Assembly: GCA_041640655.1 (NCBI GenBank)
Contig: JBEPZV010000019.1
Span: 1 to 44,915, forward strand
DNA length: 44,915 nt
Origin: a bacterium
Lineage (GTDB): Bacteria > Acidobacteriota > Blastocatellia > HR10
Direction of reading: 5' to 3'
Shown: piece by piece, positions 28,587 through 37,896 of the stretch
Layout of the letters: each line of letters opens with the position of its first letter
Position numbering within the stretch: the first letter of the stretch is position 1
Translations under genes and position numbers: made by a program
Notes under the pieces: generated by a model
What the model saw: only the letters and a program-made list of their open reading frames with translations
The model's database searches: none
Told to the model about the DNA's origin: nothing

Positions 28587-29734
28587 AGCTCTTCGATACG
28601 ACGAATCTGCGCGCGCACATCGAAGGCGCCCTCCACCCAAGCGCGCGCTGAGCGTCCCATTTGCGCCGAGCGCTGCGGATCCTGCAGGAGCGCGAGGATC
28701 GCCTCGGCCAAACGCTCGGCATCCCCCGGCGGGACGAGAAGCCCCGTCTCCCCCTCACGCACGATCTCTTCCGTCGCTCCACCGCGCGTCGCGATGACCG
28801 GCACGCCGCAGGCCATGGCCTCAATGAGGACGCGCCCGAACGGCTCTGGATCGAGCGAGCAATGGACGACAATGTTGAGCTCCCGCAGGATCGCTGTGAT
28901 GTCCGCGCAGAAGCCGGTGAAGCGAACGCGCCAGGCGAGACCGCGTCGAACAGCCTCCTGCTCCAGTCTGCGTCGAAATCCCTGATGCCCTGTCGTGTCG
29001 TAAATCTCATCGCCGACAACGAGGAATTCCACATCAGGGAGGACGCGACTCACGCGCTCGGCCGCCTGCAGAAAGACCTCGTGCCCCTTCCATGGGGCCA
29101 ACGCGCCGATCATTCCCACGCGCCGTGGTCCATCGACCCGTTGGAAGGGGGATGGAGAGAAGTGCTGAAGATCAACGCCATTGGGGATGACGAGGACGTT
29201 CCCCCACTCGGCGAATTCCCGAGCGACCGCGCGAGAGGGGACGAGCAGAAGGTCGGGGATGCGCCGACCGAGCGCCCGAAAGCCCCACCAGAATTTCCGA
29301 TGGCGAAGAAAGTCATGCACGTGCCAGATGATTCGCGCGCGAACGAACGGAGCCAGTCCAGCGCTGAACGCCTGTGCCTTGATCCCATGAGCGTGGACCA
29401 GCTCAATCGGCGTCTCATTCACGAAGCGCGCCAGCATCCGAATGGTCCTCGCGACATGAGGCAGAGAGCGGAGGGCGCTCGCATACTCTCGCCATGAACT
29501 GTAACGCCCCAGCCGATGCCCCCTTCCCCAATATCCCACGACGAGCGTGGGGATGCCCACAGCGTGTAGCGCCTCCGCGAGCCGCCCAAGACGCGGGACG
29601 AGAACACGAACGTGAAACCGCTCGCGATTGAGCCCGCGCGCCAGGTCCAGCACCACGCGCTCGGCCCCTCCGAGCTCCGCCCCCGTGCTGATGTGCAAAA
29701 TCTGGTGCGCGCGTCCCGACATCCCACCTCTCAC
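28565..29734 (-). CDS. Glycosyltransferase family 4
   Basis: GGAERVV, WHVHD, VIPNGVD, WKGH..FL, RFTGF, PEPFGRVLIEAMACG (EX7E), ETGLLVPP. Confidence 0.93.
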   Translation of the reverse strand: MRGGMSGRAHQILHISTGAELGGAERVVLDLARGLNRERFHVRVLVPRLGRLAEALHAVGIPTLVVGYWGRGHRLGRYSSWREYASALRSLPHVARTIRMLARFVNETPIELVHAHGIKAQAFSAGLAPFVRARIIWHVHDFLRHRKFWWGFRALGRRIPDLLLVPSRAVAREFAEWGNVLVIPNGVDLQHFSPSPFQRVDGPRRVGMIGALAPWKGHEVFLQAAERVSRVLPDVEFLVVGDEIYDTTGHQGFRRRLEQEAVRRGLAWRVRFTGFCADITAILRELNIVVHCSLDPEPFGRVLIEAMACGVPVIATRGGATEEIVREGETGLLVPPGDAERLAEAILALLQDPQRSAQMGRSARAWVEGAFDVRAQIRRIEELYDSLLS

Positions 29735-30858
29735 TGCGAGTCCGAGGATGCAATAACGCGATAGACGGCGAGCACCCGACGCGCGGTCTCCTCCCAGGTG
29801 AACGCCTGAGCGCGCTCGCGCGCTCGCGTCACCAGGGTGTCCCTCAGCATCTCGTCGTCGAGCACGCGCGCGGCCGCCGTGGCGAAGGCCTCCGCCTCAT
29901 TCTCGGGCACGAGCACTCCCGCATCGCCGAGGACCTCCGGCACAGCTCCGGCGGCGAGCGCCACAACGGGCGTTCCCATCCGCATCGCTTCGAGCACCGG
30001 CAGGCCGAAGCCCTCGTACGTCGAGGGGAAGAGCAAGAGCGCCGCCGCTCGATACACCGAGGCCAGATGCTCCCAGGAGAGATCGGCCCGTTGCCGGACA
30101 TATCGCGCGATCCCCCACCGATGAATCGCCCTCCAGTGCGCGCGCGCGAATCGCCCCCCCACCTGTACGAAATAGAGATCCTCGCCCGTCAGCTCCCGAA
30201 GCCGGGAGAACGCGCGCAGCGCGGTCCAGATGTTCTTCCGCTCGTCGCAGCTCCCCACGTGAAGGATGAATCGCGCTCCTGGTGGGAGGTCGAGCTGACG
30301 AACCGTGCGCCTGACGGCTTCTTCCCCCCCAGACGGAGCGCCGATATGATCCCCCCCCAGGGGGACGACCGTGATGCGCTCCTGGGGGTAACCCAATCCG
30401 CGCACCATCTCGCGTTTGGTGAATTCGGAATCGGCGATCACGTGCGCCGCCTCTCGAAGCGAGGCCAGGACCCACTGCAGGACGGCGTTCCGAAGACGGA
30501 CGCGCGCGCTCGTCCCACCGGCGCTCACAAGGTGATACGGATAGAGATCGTGCACCGTGATGATCGTGCGCCGCGGATCGAGCCATCGCAGCACATGCGC
30601 GTAGGAGTGATCGAGGATGTGATGAAGCGCCATCGGCTTCCCGAGACGCGCGCGCGCGACGCGACGCGGCAGCAGCACATATCGCGCGGCGAATCGCAGC
30701 GGACGCGCCCGCCCCCACCTGGGCATCGGCAGGCGCACGACCTCGAACGCCCAATCCGGAGCGAGCCGCGGCAGCCATCGCTCGAGCTGACGCGCGTACA
30801 GCTCCATGCTCTTCCACCCCTCCAGCTCCAGATCGGGAACGAGGACGACGCGCATCAC
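29731..30858 (-). CDS. Glycosyltransferase family 4 (mannosyltransferase-like)
   Basis: ITVHDL, DSEFTK, HVGS...RKN, LLFPSTYEGFGLPVLEAM..G, FTWE. Confidence 0.92.
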   Translation of the reverse strand: MMRVVLVPDLELEGWKSMELYARQLERWLPRLAPDWAFEVVRLPMPRWGRARPLRFAARYVLLPRRVARARLGKPMALHHILDHSYAHVLRWLDPRRTIITVHDLYPYHLVSAGGTSARVRLRNAVLQWVLASLREAAHVIADSEFTKREMVRGLGYPQERITVVPLGGDHIGAPSGGEEAVRRTVRQLDLPPGARFILHVGSCDERKNIWTALRAFSRLRELTGEDLYFVQVGGRFARAHWRAIHRWGIARYVRQRADLSWEHLASVYRAAALLLFPSTYEGFGLPVLEAMRMGTPVVALAAGAVPEVLGDAGVLVPENEAEAFATAAARVLDDEMLRDTLVTRARERAQAFTWEETARRVLAVYRVIASSDSQ

Positions 30859-32018
30859 ACCTCGCCGAGCAAACGCTCGAGAATCGGACGCAAGTGCGCG
30901 ACCAGCACGTCATACTCGAAGTGCTGACGCGCGAGGGCGACGTTCTCCCGCCCCGATTCCAGCACGTGCGGGTTCCGGACAAGCCAGCGGAGGCGTTCGG
31001 CCAAGGCGTTCGCGTATGGCTCTCTCCCCTCGTACGGGATCAGCATCTCCTCGGGCAGAATTCGCGCGGCCTCGCCCACGCGACTCGCCAGCACGAACCG
31101 CCCGCAGGCGAGATAGAGCGGGAGCTTCCCCGTCGTGCGCACTTCGCCGACGAGGTCGTTCGTCTGCGTGGACAGGCAGACGTCCATGAGGTTGATGTAC
31201 TCCGGCAACCGGTCGAAGGGCACGCGCCCCACAAAGCGCACGCGATCATGCACCCCTCGCGCGCGCGCCTGTTCCTTCAATCGAGGGAGCCCCGATCCAT
31301 CGCCGACGATCACCCCCACAATGGGAAGGTCCGGCACTCGCGCGAGCGCCTCAATGAGCTCCCAACCGTAGCAGAAGCCGAGCGCTCGACTCCAGCGCAA
31401 CGAGCCGACGACGCCGACGACGAACCGTCCCTCCACGCCCAAATGCCGCCGCAGCGCCGTAGCATCGCGCGGGCGGAACACGCGCGTGTCCACACCGTCG
31501 GGGACGACCTCGACGCGCGTGATGCCCAGCCGCTGAAGCCACTCCCGGTGTCCGCTCCCCCGCACGATGAGGAGATCCGCGTGTCGAAGCGAGAGCCTCT
31601 CCAGAAGCTCTGTCAACCATCGACCCGCCCATCCGCGTCCGAGGGCGCGCGCGAGCGCGGAGATGACATCGCCCGTGTCAATGACCACGCGCGCGCCGCT
31701 GAGCGCTTTATACGCCAGAGCGGCCAGGACTCCCGAGGCCGCCATGTCCACGACGTAGACGAGCCGTGGTCGCCATCGGAGCAATGCCCACATGAAGCGA
31801 AGCGCCGCCCGGACCTTCCGCCGGCCACGATAGAGAAGACGCACGCGATATGCCACCGCGAGCCGAGCGGCGAATTGGCGCGCCCGCTCGGCAGCCGCCC
31901 CATCCGCATCTCCGTTCGCGAGAAAGATGAGCGTCGTTCCCGCGCGCTCGCGTGCGGCATGGGTCTTCCCGAATCCCCGAGCGCGCGCGTGGGTGGGAAC
32001 CGATGACATGCTCCGCAT
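30855..32018 (-). CDS. GT-B fold glycosyltransferase, GT4-like, with atypical donor-binding motif
   Basis: VVPDGVD..F, VGVVGS, IVGDG, RFVGRVP, DVCLSTQ...GKLPLYLACG. Confidence 0.82.
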   Translation of the reverse strand: MRSMSSVPTHARARGFGKTHAARERAGTTLIFLANGDADGAAAERARQFAARLAVAYRVRLLYRGRRKVRAALRFMWALLRWRPRLVYVVDMAASGVLAALAYKALSGARVVIDTGDVISALARALGRGWAGRWLTELLERLSLRHADLLIVRGSGHREWLQRLGITRVEVVPDGVDTRVFRPRDATALRRHLGVEGRFVVGVVGSLRWSRALGFCYGWELIEALARVPDLPIVGVIVGDGSGLPRLKEQARARGVHDRVRFVGRVPFDRLPEYINLMDVCLSTQTNDLVGEVRTTGKLPLYLACGRFVLASRVGEAARILPEEMLIPYEGREPYANALAERLRWLVRNPHVLESGRENVALARQHFEYDVLVAHLRPILERLLGEV

Positions 32019-32021
32019 CCC

Positions 32022-33128
32022 CTATGCTCTCATCGCCCACTCATACACGCGCAGCGTCTCGTGCGCCGCGCGATCCCAAGAGAAGGCTTCAACGCGTGCG
32101 CGCGCGCGTTGGCCCATGGCCTCGCGCCACGCGACGTCTTCCCGGAGCCGACGGGCGCAATCGGCGAGCGCGCGCACATCACGCGGATCATCCACGAGCA
32201 GCCCGTCCTCCAGATGGGTGATGACCTCCGCCGCCCCGGCCGCGCGCGTCGTGATCACCGGAAGCCCGGAGGCCATCGCCTCCCAGATGACCATCCCGTG
32301 CGCGTCGTAAACGGTGGGGAACAAGAGCGCATCGCTCGCCGCATAATAGTCCTCGATTCGATCGGTGGGGGGGCGGAATCGGACGCGCTCGCCGAGGCCG
32401 AGACGTCGCGCCAGGTCCCAGTACGGGCGCGCCGATGAGCCGGAGATCAGAAGGAGCTGCGCATCGGACAGAAGCGCGAGCGCGCGTAGCGCTTCAGCTG
32501 CTCCCTTCCGAAGGGAGCCCACATAGAGGAGCAGGAAATCCCGCTCTGCATATCCCAGAGCGCGTCGCACGGCCGCGCGGGATTGAAGCCGTCGCGCCGG
32601 ATGAAATCGCGCGAGATCCACGCCTGGACGGACCACCGCGACGCGCGCCTCCCGACCATAGTACCGCGCCAGTTCCGCGCGCACCTTCTCGGAGACGGCG
32701 ATGACCCAGCGCGCGCGCGCCGGTTGGTAGAGGGCGCGCTCCCACCGACCCACGAAGAGGCGGAAGAGCCGATCCCGTCCCGTGAGACGACCGTCCCGCG
32801 CTCGAAGGGCCTCGAACCACGCCCACTGGCAGATGTGCGCCGTCGCGACATCGAGCGAGAACGCACAGAGCCCTTGCCCATGCACGATATCGAACGCCTC
32901 GCGCACGCGCCACCAGCTCCCGAAGGGGAAGGTGAGAATCGTCGTCATCGCCGTCGCGCGCAGAGCGGGAACATGATGGAATCGAATGCGCCCATCGCCC
33001 ATCTCGGCGACCCGATGAGCGAAGACGTGCACCTCATGTTCCCGACTGAAGCGCTCGGCCAATTCGACGACATACCGACCGTGTCCCACGCGACGATCGT
33101 AATCATGGACCAGAAGCGCGATCCTCAT
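32022..33128 (-). CDS. Glycosyltransferase family 4 (WaaG-like)
   Basis: Start ATG 33128 (MRIALL), ATGA-coupled to the upstream gene; VIAVSE, PGVD..RF, LLYVG..RKG, YDAHGMVIWEAMASGLPVITT, FSWD. Confidence 0.9.
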   Translation of the reverse strand: MRIALLVHDYDRRVGHGRYVVELAERFSREHEVHVFAHRVAEMGDGRIRFHHVPALRATAMTTILTFPFGSWWRVREAFDIVHGQGLCAFSLDVATAHICQWAWFEALRARDGRLTGRDRLFRLFVGRWERALYQPARARWVIAVSEKVRAELARYYGREARVAVVRPGVDLARFHPARRLQSRAAVRRALGYAERDFLLLYVGSLRKGAAEALRALALLSDAQLLLISGSSARPYWDLARRLGLGERVRFRPPTDRIEDYYAASDALLFPTVYDAHGMVIWEAMASGLPVITTRAAGAAEVITHLEDGLLVDDPRDVRALADCARRLREDVAWREAMGQRARARVEAFSWDRAAHETLRVYEWAMRA

Positions 33129-34546
33129 CGCCGCCGCGCGCGGCGAGAGGGCCACGCGTGTCCCTCGACCGCGGAGAGCGCTCGACTCCGATCGCCGTCC
33201 TCGATCGGAACGAGGACTTCGCTCCACGCGCGCCACCAGGCCCGCTGCCGCCGCTCCTCAAGATCAGAGAGCTTCAACACCGCGCCGAGGAAGAACCACC
33301 AGAGCATCCCATGGGGGATGCTGAGCAGCGGCGATCCCACGAGCGTCCCGATCCCCATCATGAACGCGCCGCTCACAATGGCGAGCACGATCTCCTCATC
33401 GGGCGTCCCCTTCAATCGCCGCAAGGCGCGCCACGCGCTGCGCAGCGCCGTCCCCAGAAGGAGGACGAGCGCCACCACCCCCAGCACGCCCATCTCGATC
33501 ATGATGCGCCCGAAGTCCCCATCGGCGAAGAGGGGATGAAAGGTCGGATACCACTGCCCCATGAAGAACGGCACGCCATGACCGGTTCGCCCCAGGCCGT
33601 GCCCCCACGGTGCTTCCCGTATCGCTTGAACCCCCGCGAGGAATGGATTCGACACGCGCCCGAGGATCAGGCCGAGATCGGCCAAACTGGCGAAGCGTTC
33701 AGCCGCCCGCCCCTCGGTCAAATCGATCCCCAGCCGCACGCCGATGGAGATGAGCGCCGCCGCGACCAGATAGACGCGAATCGTCCGCCGATGCCACCAC
33801 AACAGCACCACTCCGACGACGATCATGATCAAAGCCGCCCGCGTCCCCGTCAAGACCAGGCTCGTCATCATCGGCACGATCCCCACGCGCAACAGGATTC
33901 GCCACGCCGGCGAGATCTCGCGACTCAGCGAGAGGATGAGCGCGAGCGCGGACGCGTAGGCCATCATCGAACCGAAGGCGCCGGCCGAGACGAACGTCGA
34001 GAAGATGCGGAATTCCACCTCGCCCGTCGGCGTGACATAGGTCGCGAACCGATGGCGCTCGGCCGCCAGCTCATCATCAGGGATGACGCTCTCGACGCCA
34101 GCCAGGTATTGATAGATCCCGTATCCCCCGGCGAGCACCGCCAGCGCGATCACCAGTAGCAGATACGCGCGCACGTGCGCGCCGGAGCGCGTGATGTCAT
34201 ATCCGAGCAAATACGCCACCGTGAAGAAGCACCACCCGCGGAACGCCGAGAGCCCGATCCACAGTGGGATCCCCGGAAAGAGCGCATACACGGCGCACAG
34301 CGCATAGAAGACGAGCAGCATCTTCGTCACCGGGGTCTCGGGCAAGAGGGCGCGCCCCAGGTGAGCGCGTCCCGTCATCCAGAAAAAGAGCGCGAGCGCG
34401 AAGAGAATGTCGAAGAGGAAGTAGCTCACGGGCGAGGGATACCGATCCTTGATCGGCGCGATGAGGAACCCGACCAAGATCGCCCCGACGAGCGAGAGGT
34501 GCACGAGCTTCTCGCGCCGCCACAGAATGGCCAGGTCGCGCAACAT
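33125..34546 (-). CDS. O-antigen ligase/polymerase (Wzy_C-like) multi-TM protein
   Basis: Many hydrophobic segments; YGIYQY, RIFSTF, LTGTRAA, PWGHGLG, EMGVLG; sits inside a GT cluster. Confidence 0.8.
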   Translation of the reverse strand: MLRDLAILWRREKLVHLSLVGAILVGFLIAPIKDRYPSPVSYFLFDILFALALFFWMTGRAHLGRALLPETPVTKMLLVFYALCAVYALFPGIPLWIGLSAFRGWCFFTVAYLLGYDITRSGAHVRAYLLLVIALAVLAGGYGIYQYLAGVESVIPDDELAAERHRFATYVTPTGEVEFRIFSTFVSAGAFGSMMAYASALALILSLSREISPAWRILLRVGIVPMMTSLVLTGTRAALIMIVVGVVLLWWHRRTIRVYLVAAALISIGVRLGIDLTEGRAAERFASLADLGLILGRVSNPFLAGVQAIREAPWGHGLGRTGHGVPFFMGQWYPTFHPLFADGDFGRIMIEMGVLGVVALVLLLGTALRSAWRALRRLKGTPDEEIVLAIVSGAFMMGIGTLVGSPLLSIPHGMLWWFFLGAVLKLSDLEERRQRAWWRAWSEVLVPIEDGDRSRALSAVEGHAWPSRRARRR

Positions 34547-34602
34547 ATCGCGCTCCGCCTTCCGATGAGGAGAGCCCAGGCTCCCCTCTCACGACGGCGA
34601 GA

Positions 34603-34632
34603 AGGATACACGCTTCCCCGTGAAGGCGGCAA
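34603..34632 (-). promoter_or_regulatory. Possible internal promoter upstream of the Wzy-like gene
   Basis: TTGCCG (34632-34627), 18 bp, TATCCT (34608-34603). Confidence 0.4.
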
Positions 34633-34671
34633 CCGGCACGGAGAGGGTCGAATGGGTCGAGGTTCGGAGGA

Positions 34672-35829
34672 TCACGCGAGGTGCCCCCGCATCTCGACGA
34701 GCAATTCGTCGAGGAACCGCTCGAAGCGCGCGACCATCCGCCGCGCGTTGAAACTCACCAGGACGCGAGCGCGCGCGGCCTCTCCCATCATCCGCCGCCG
34801 CGCGCCATCGCGCAGCAGCAAACCCATGGCCTCGGCGAGCGCGATGGGATCCCCGGGGGGCACCAGAAGCCCCGTCTCCCCAGGCACGACGATCTCGCGC
34901 GCTCCCCCGAGATCAGTCGCGATCACTGGACGCCCGGCGGCCATCGCCTCGCAGAGGACCACGCCGAAGGATTCCGGCCGCGTGGCCGCATGCACGAGAA
35001 GATCGCTCATGGCGAGCACTTCCGGGATCTCGCGCCGAAATCCCGCGAAGATGACACGCTCGCCGAGCCCCAGGGCTGCGACCAACTCGCGAAGTGACGC
35101 CGCGTATCCCGATCGCGTCCCCCCCATCTCCTCCCCCACGATCAGGAATCCCACCTCCGGCATCTGCGCGCCGAGGAGTCGGGCGGCATGGAGGAAGCAG
35201 TCGTATCCCTTCCCGGGCTCCAAGCGACCGATCGCGCTCACGAGATACCGGAACCGATCCACATGCCACTCCTCACGGATGCGCGCCAGACGCTCCGGGT
35301 TCGGCGACCGAAAGCGCTCGACATCCACGCCCGGATGAATCACGCGCAGCGGCGCGCCAGAGCTGCCGAAAACCCGACGATGCGCCTCCGCCGCCGCGAA
35401 TGAGCTCACGAGGATTCCGCGAGCGGGAATGCGAACGGCCACGCGATCAAGATGATGCTCCGCCGAGGCGATCCCATGCTGCCACCACACGGCGGGACGG
35501 CGCGCGAGCCACGCGGCCGTTCCCCCGTAAAGATGTCCGTAGCCGTGTGAGCTGACGACCAGCCGCGCTTCCTGTCGAAGAAGCACTCGCCGGAGCGCCT
35601 CCACTGTGCGTCCGTAATTGAACGGATCGCGCAGTCGCGTGATCGGTTGCAGGTGGACGGGAATCCCCGCCTCCTGGACCTCCCGCACGAACGGCCCGTC
35701 CCTCAGAAAAACAACCGAGGGGGCGAACCGCGCGCGATCAAGTCCGCGCACGATGTCGAAGAAGACCGACTCCGCTCCCCCGCGCTCGCCTACGGGCAAC
35801 ACGAAGATGATGCTCGATGGCCGCCGCAT
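34672..35829 (-). CDS. Glycosyltransferase family 4
   Basis: GGAE, WWQHG, VIHPGVD..RF, IGRL...KG, FAGFR, PESFGVVLCEAMAAG (EX7E), ETGLLVPP. Confidence 0.93.
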   Translation of the reverse strand: MRRPSSIIFVLPVGERGGAESVFFDIVRGLDRARFAPSVVFLRDGPFVREVQEAGIPVHLQPITRLRDPFNYGRTVEALRRVLLRQEARLVVSSHGYGHLYGGTAAWLARRPAVWWQHGIASAEHHLDRVAVRIPARGILVSSFAAAEAHRRVFGSSGAPLRVIHPGVDVERFRSPNPERLARIREEWHVDRFRYLVSAIGRLEPGKGYDCFLHAARLLGAQMPEVGFLIVGEEMGGTRSGYAASLRELVAALGLGERVIFAGFRREIPEVLAMSDLLVHAATRPESFGVVLCEAMAAGRPVIATDLGGAREIVVPGETGLLVPPGDPIALAEAMGLLLRDGARRRMMGEAARARVLVSFNARRMVARFERFLDELLVEMRGHLA

Positions 35830-35835
35830 GTCGGC

Positions 35836-36531
35836 TCACCCGGGTGTTCGGCGATACGCGCGCGCGATGAGGGCGAGGACCACAAGGGAGACGCCGCTCC
35901 ACAACAGCGCCCACACGAGAGCCGGGACGCGCGTCAGCTCCTGCATGGCGCGCGCATCAGTGTGCGCCTCCCCGGCGATCGAGAGCGCAAAGAGCGCCTT
36001 CAGGTCGAAGAGCGCGTTCAAGCAACTTTGCACGGCCAAGAATCCGACGAGAAATTGGGCTGCGCGCGCCGAGGTGATCCAGAAGAGGATACCGAAGAGG
36101 GCGCTGGCGATCACTCCGGCGGCGAATCCGAATCCGATCACGGGACGAATGAAGGCGAGCGTCACCGCGGTGACCCCGAGAGCCGTCGCGCCGAGCGCCG
36201 TCTTCGCACGGCGCGGGTCCCGACACCACAAAAGGAGCGCGCTGCCATAGAGGACCGTCCCCACGTATCCGGCGCTGGAGATGAGAGGGACGAGTCCGCC
36301 GCGCGTGGCCGTCACGCCACTGCCATCAGGTTGAATCTGGATGTAGGCGACGCTGCCTCCGGTCATCACCGCCGCGAGCGCGTGCGCCGACTCGTGCACG
36401 AGTGTCACAAAGAGGCGCACGGGATAGACAATGACCTCCGCATAGGGAGCGAACCACAGAAGGAGCGTCGCGCCCGAGGCCCAGAGGAGCGCGCGCCGCC
36501 CGTCTCGCACTCTGGCCTTTCGCCGCGCCAT
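35836..36531 (-). CDS. Peptidase M50B-like membrane zinc metalloprotease
   Basis: Start reassigned to ATG 36531; TLVHESAHALAA (HEXXH), GSGVT..RG, SAGYVG, TDA; several TM helices. Confidence 0.87.
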   Translation of the reverse strand: MARRKARVRDGRRALLWASGATLLLWFAPYAEVIVYPVRLFVTLVHESAHALAAVMTGGSVAYIQIQPDGSGVTATRGGLVPLISSAGYVGTVLYGSALLLWCRDPRRAKTALGATALGVTAVTLAFIRPVIGFGFAAGVIASALFGILFWITSARAAQFLVGFLAVQSCLNALFDLKALFALSIAGEAHTDARAMQELTRVPALVWALLWSGVSLVVLALIARAYRRTPG

Positions 36532-36541
36532 GAGGCGACGA

Positions 36542-36550
36542 ATTATACCA
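36542..36550 (-). promoter_or_regulatory. Extended -10 promoter for the M50B/GT cluster
   Basis: TG-g-TATAAT (36550-36542), 10 nt before ATG 36531. Confidence 0.6.
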
Positions 36551-36582
36551 TCGCGCCCGCGCCGGCGAGGGTGACCCGCGCG

Positions 36583-36611
36583 TTGCCTCCCCCCACGGTC
36601 TGAAGTAAAAT
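36583..36611 (+). promoter_or_regulatory. sigma70 promoter for the doxX operon
   Basis: TTGCCT (36583-36588), 17 bp, TAAAAT (36606-36611). Confidence 0.6.
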
Positions 36612-36655
36612 GAAGCGACGCGAGCGGTCGAGATTCGGTGCAAGGAGAGGATGAT

Positions 36656-37075
36656 ATGTTGGCTCGATGGCTCTCTCGATATAGCGAGTGGTCAGCGCTC
36701 TTCCTCCGTCTGGCCGTCGGTGCGATCTTCATCGCGCACGGTCGGCAGAAACTCTTCGGTGGACTCGCCGATTTCGGGCGGTATCTGGAATCGCTCGGCG
36801 TGCCGCTTCCCGGGCTTTTCGCTCTCCTTGTCGCCCTCGTCGAATTCCTCGGAGGGATTTGTCTGCTGCTTGGACTCTTCACGCGGTGGGCGGCACTGCT
36901 GATCGCGATCGTCATGCTCGTGGCCATCCTGCGCGTCCATCTCCCTCATGGCCTGACCGGAGCAGGTGGCTTTGAGTTCCCGCTCGCCCTTCTGGCGGCC
37001 GCCCTCTCACTTGCCCTCACCGGACCGCAAAAGCTCTCGCTCGAGCGCAGCGTGCTCAACCGCGAACTCTCCTGA
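36656..37075 (+). CDS. DoxX family membrane protein
   Basis: LFLRLAVG.IFIAHG.QKLFG, EFLGG..LLLGLFTRWAA, M.VAI..VH, GFEFPL, GP...SL. Confidence 0.93.
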   Translation: MLARWLSRYSEWSALFLRLAVGAIFIAHGRQKLFGGLADFGRYLESLGVPLPGLFALLVALVEFLGGICLLLGLFTRWAALLIAIVMLVAILRVHLPHGLTGAGGFEFPLALLAAALSLALTGPQKLSLERSVLNRELS

Positions 37076-37085
37076 GGAGGCGACG

Positions 37086-37850
37086 ATGTCCGAACCGATG
37101 ATCCTCAGTGAGCGCCGAGATCGCATCTTGAGACTCACGCTGAACCGGCCTCCGCTCAACATCCTCAACATTCCCATGCTGCAGGAACTCCAGCGAGCGC
37201 TCGAGCGCGTGAACGAAGACGTGCACATCGTGCTCTTGGAGAGCGGGATCGAGCGCGCCTTCTCCGCCGGCGCGGATGTGGCCGATCACATGCCGGAGCG
37301 CGTCGAGGAGATGCTCACCGGCCTGCATCGCGCGATCGCGCGGCTGCTGGAGATGGAGGCCGTCTCGGTGGCCGTCGTTCGAGGACACTGCTTGGGCGGA
37401 GGGATGGAGCTGGCCATGAGCTGCGATTTCCTCATCGCCGGCGAGAGCGCGCGTTTCGGACAACCGGAGATTCACCTCGGATGCTTCCCTCCGGTCGCCG
37501 CTGTGCTGCTCCCGCAACTGATCGGCCCGCGTCGCGCCATCGAGTTGATCCTGACCGGGAAGACGATCTCCGCGCGCGAGGCTGAAGCCATGGGCTTGGT
37601 GACGCGCGTCGTTCCCGATGATCAGGTGGCTCAGGCCGTCGAGGAGCTCCTGGGCGAGCTCTCGCGGAAGAGCCCGGTGGTCCTCAAGCTCACCAAGCGC
37701 GCGCTCCGCTACGGCCGAGCGCTCGATCCCACGACGGCGCTGCGGGCGGTCGAACGACTCTATCTCGATGAACTCATGGCCACCGAAGACGCGCGCGAGG
37801 GTATCCGGGCATTTCTGGAGAAACGCACTCCCGTGTGGGTCGGCCGATGA
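37086..37850 (+). CDS. Enoyl-CoA hydratase/isomerase (crotonase), dienoyl-CoA hydratase Dch-like
   Basis: LNRPPLNIL, FSAGADVADH, CLGGGMELA, FGQPEI.LG.FPP, LILTG, YL.ELM.TED.REG..AFLEKR. SD GAGGAGG. Confidence 0.9.
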   Translation: MSEPMILSERRDRILRLTLNRPPLNILNIPMLQELQRALERVNEDVHIVLLESGIERAFSAGADVADHMPERVEEMLTGLHRAIARLLEMEAVSVAVVRGHCLGGGMELAMSCDFLIAGESARFGQPEIHLGCFPPVAAVLLPQLIGPRRAIELILTGKTISAREAEAMGLVTRVVPDDQVAQAVEELLGELSRKSPVVLKLTKRALRYGRALDPTTALRAVERLYLDELMATEDAREGIRAFLEKRTPVWVGR

Positions 37851-37896
37851 AGGCCCGCAGGGATGAAGGGATAGCGGGACGCTTCGGAGGTGCGAG

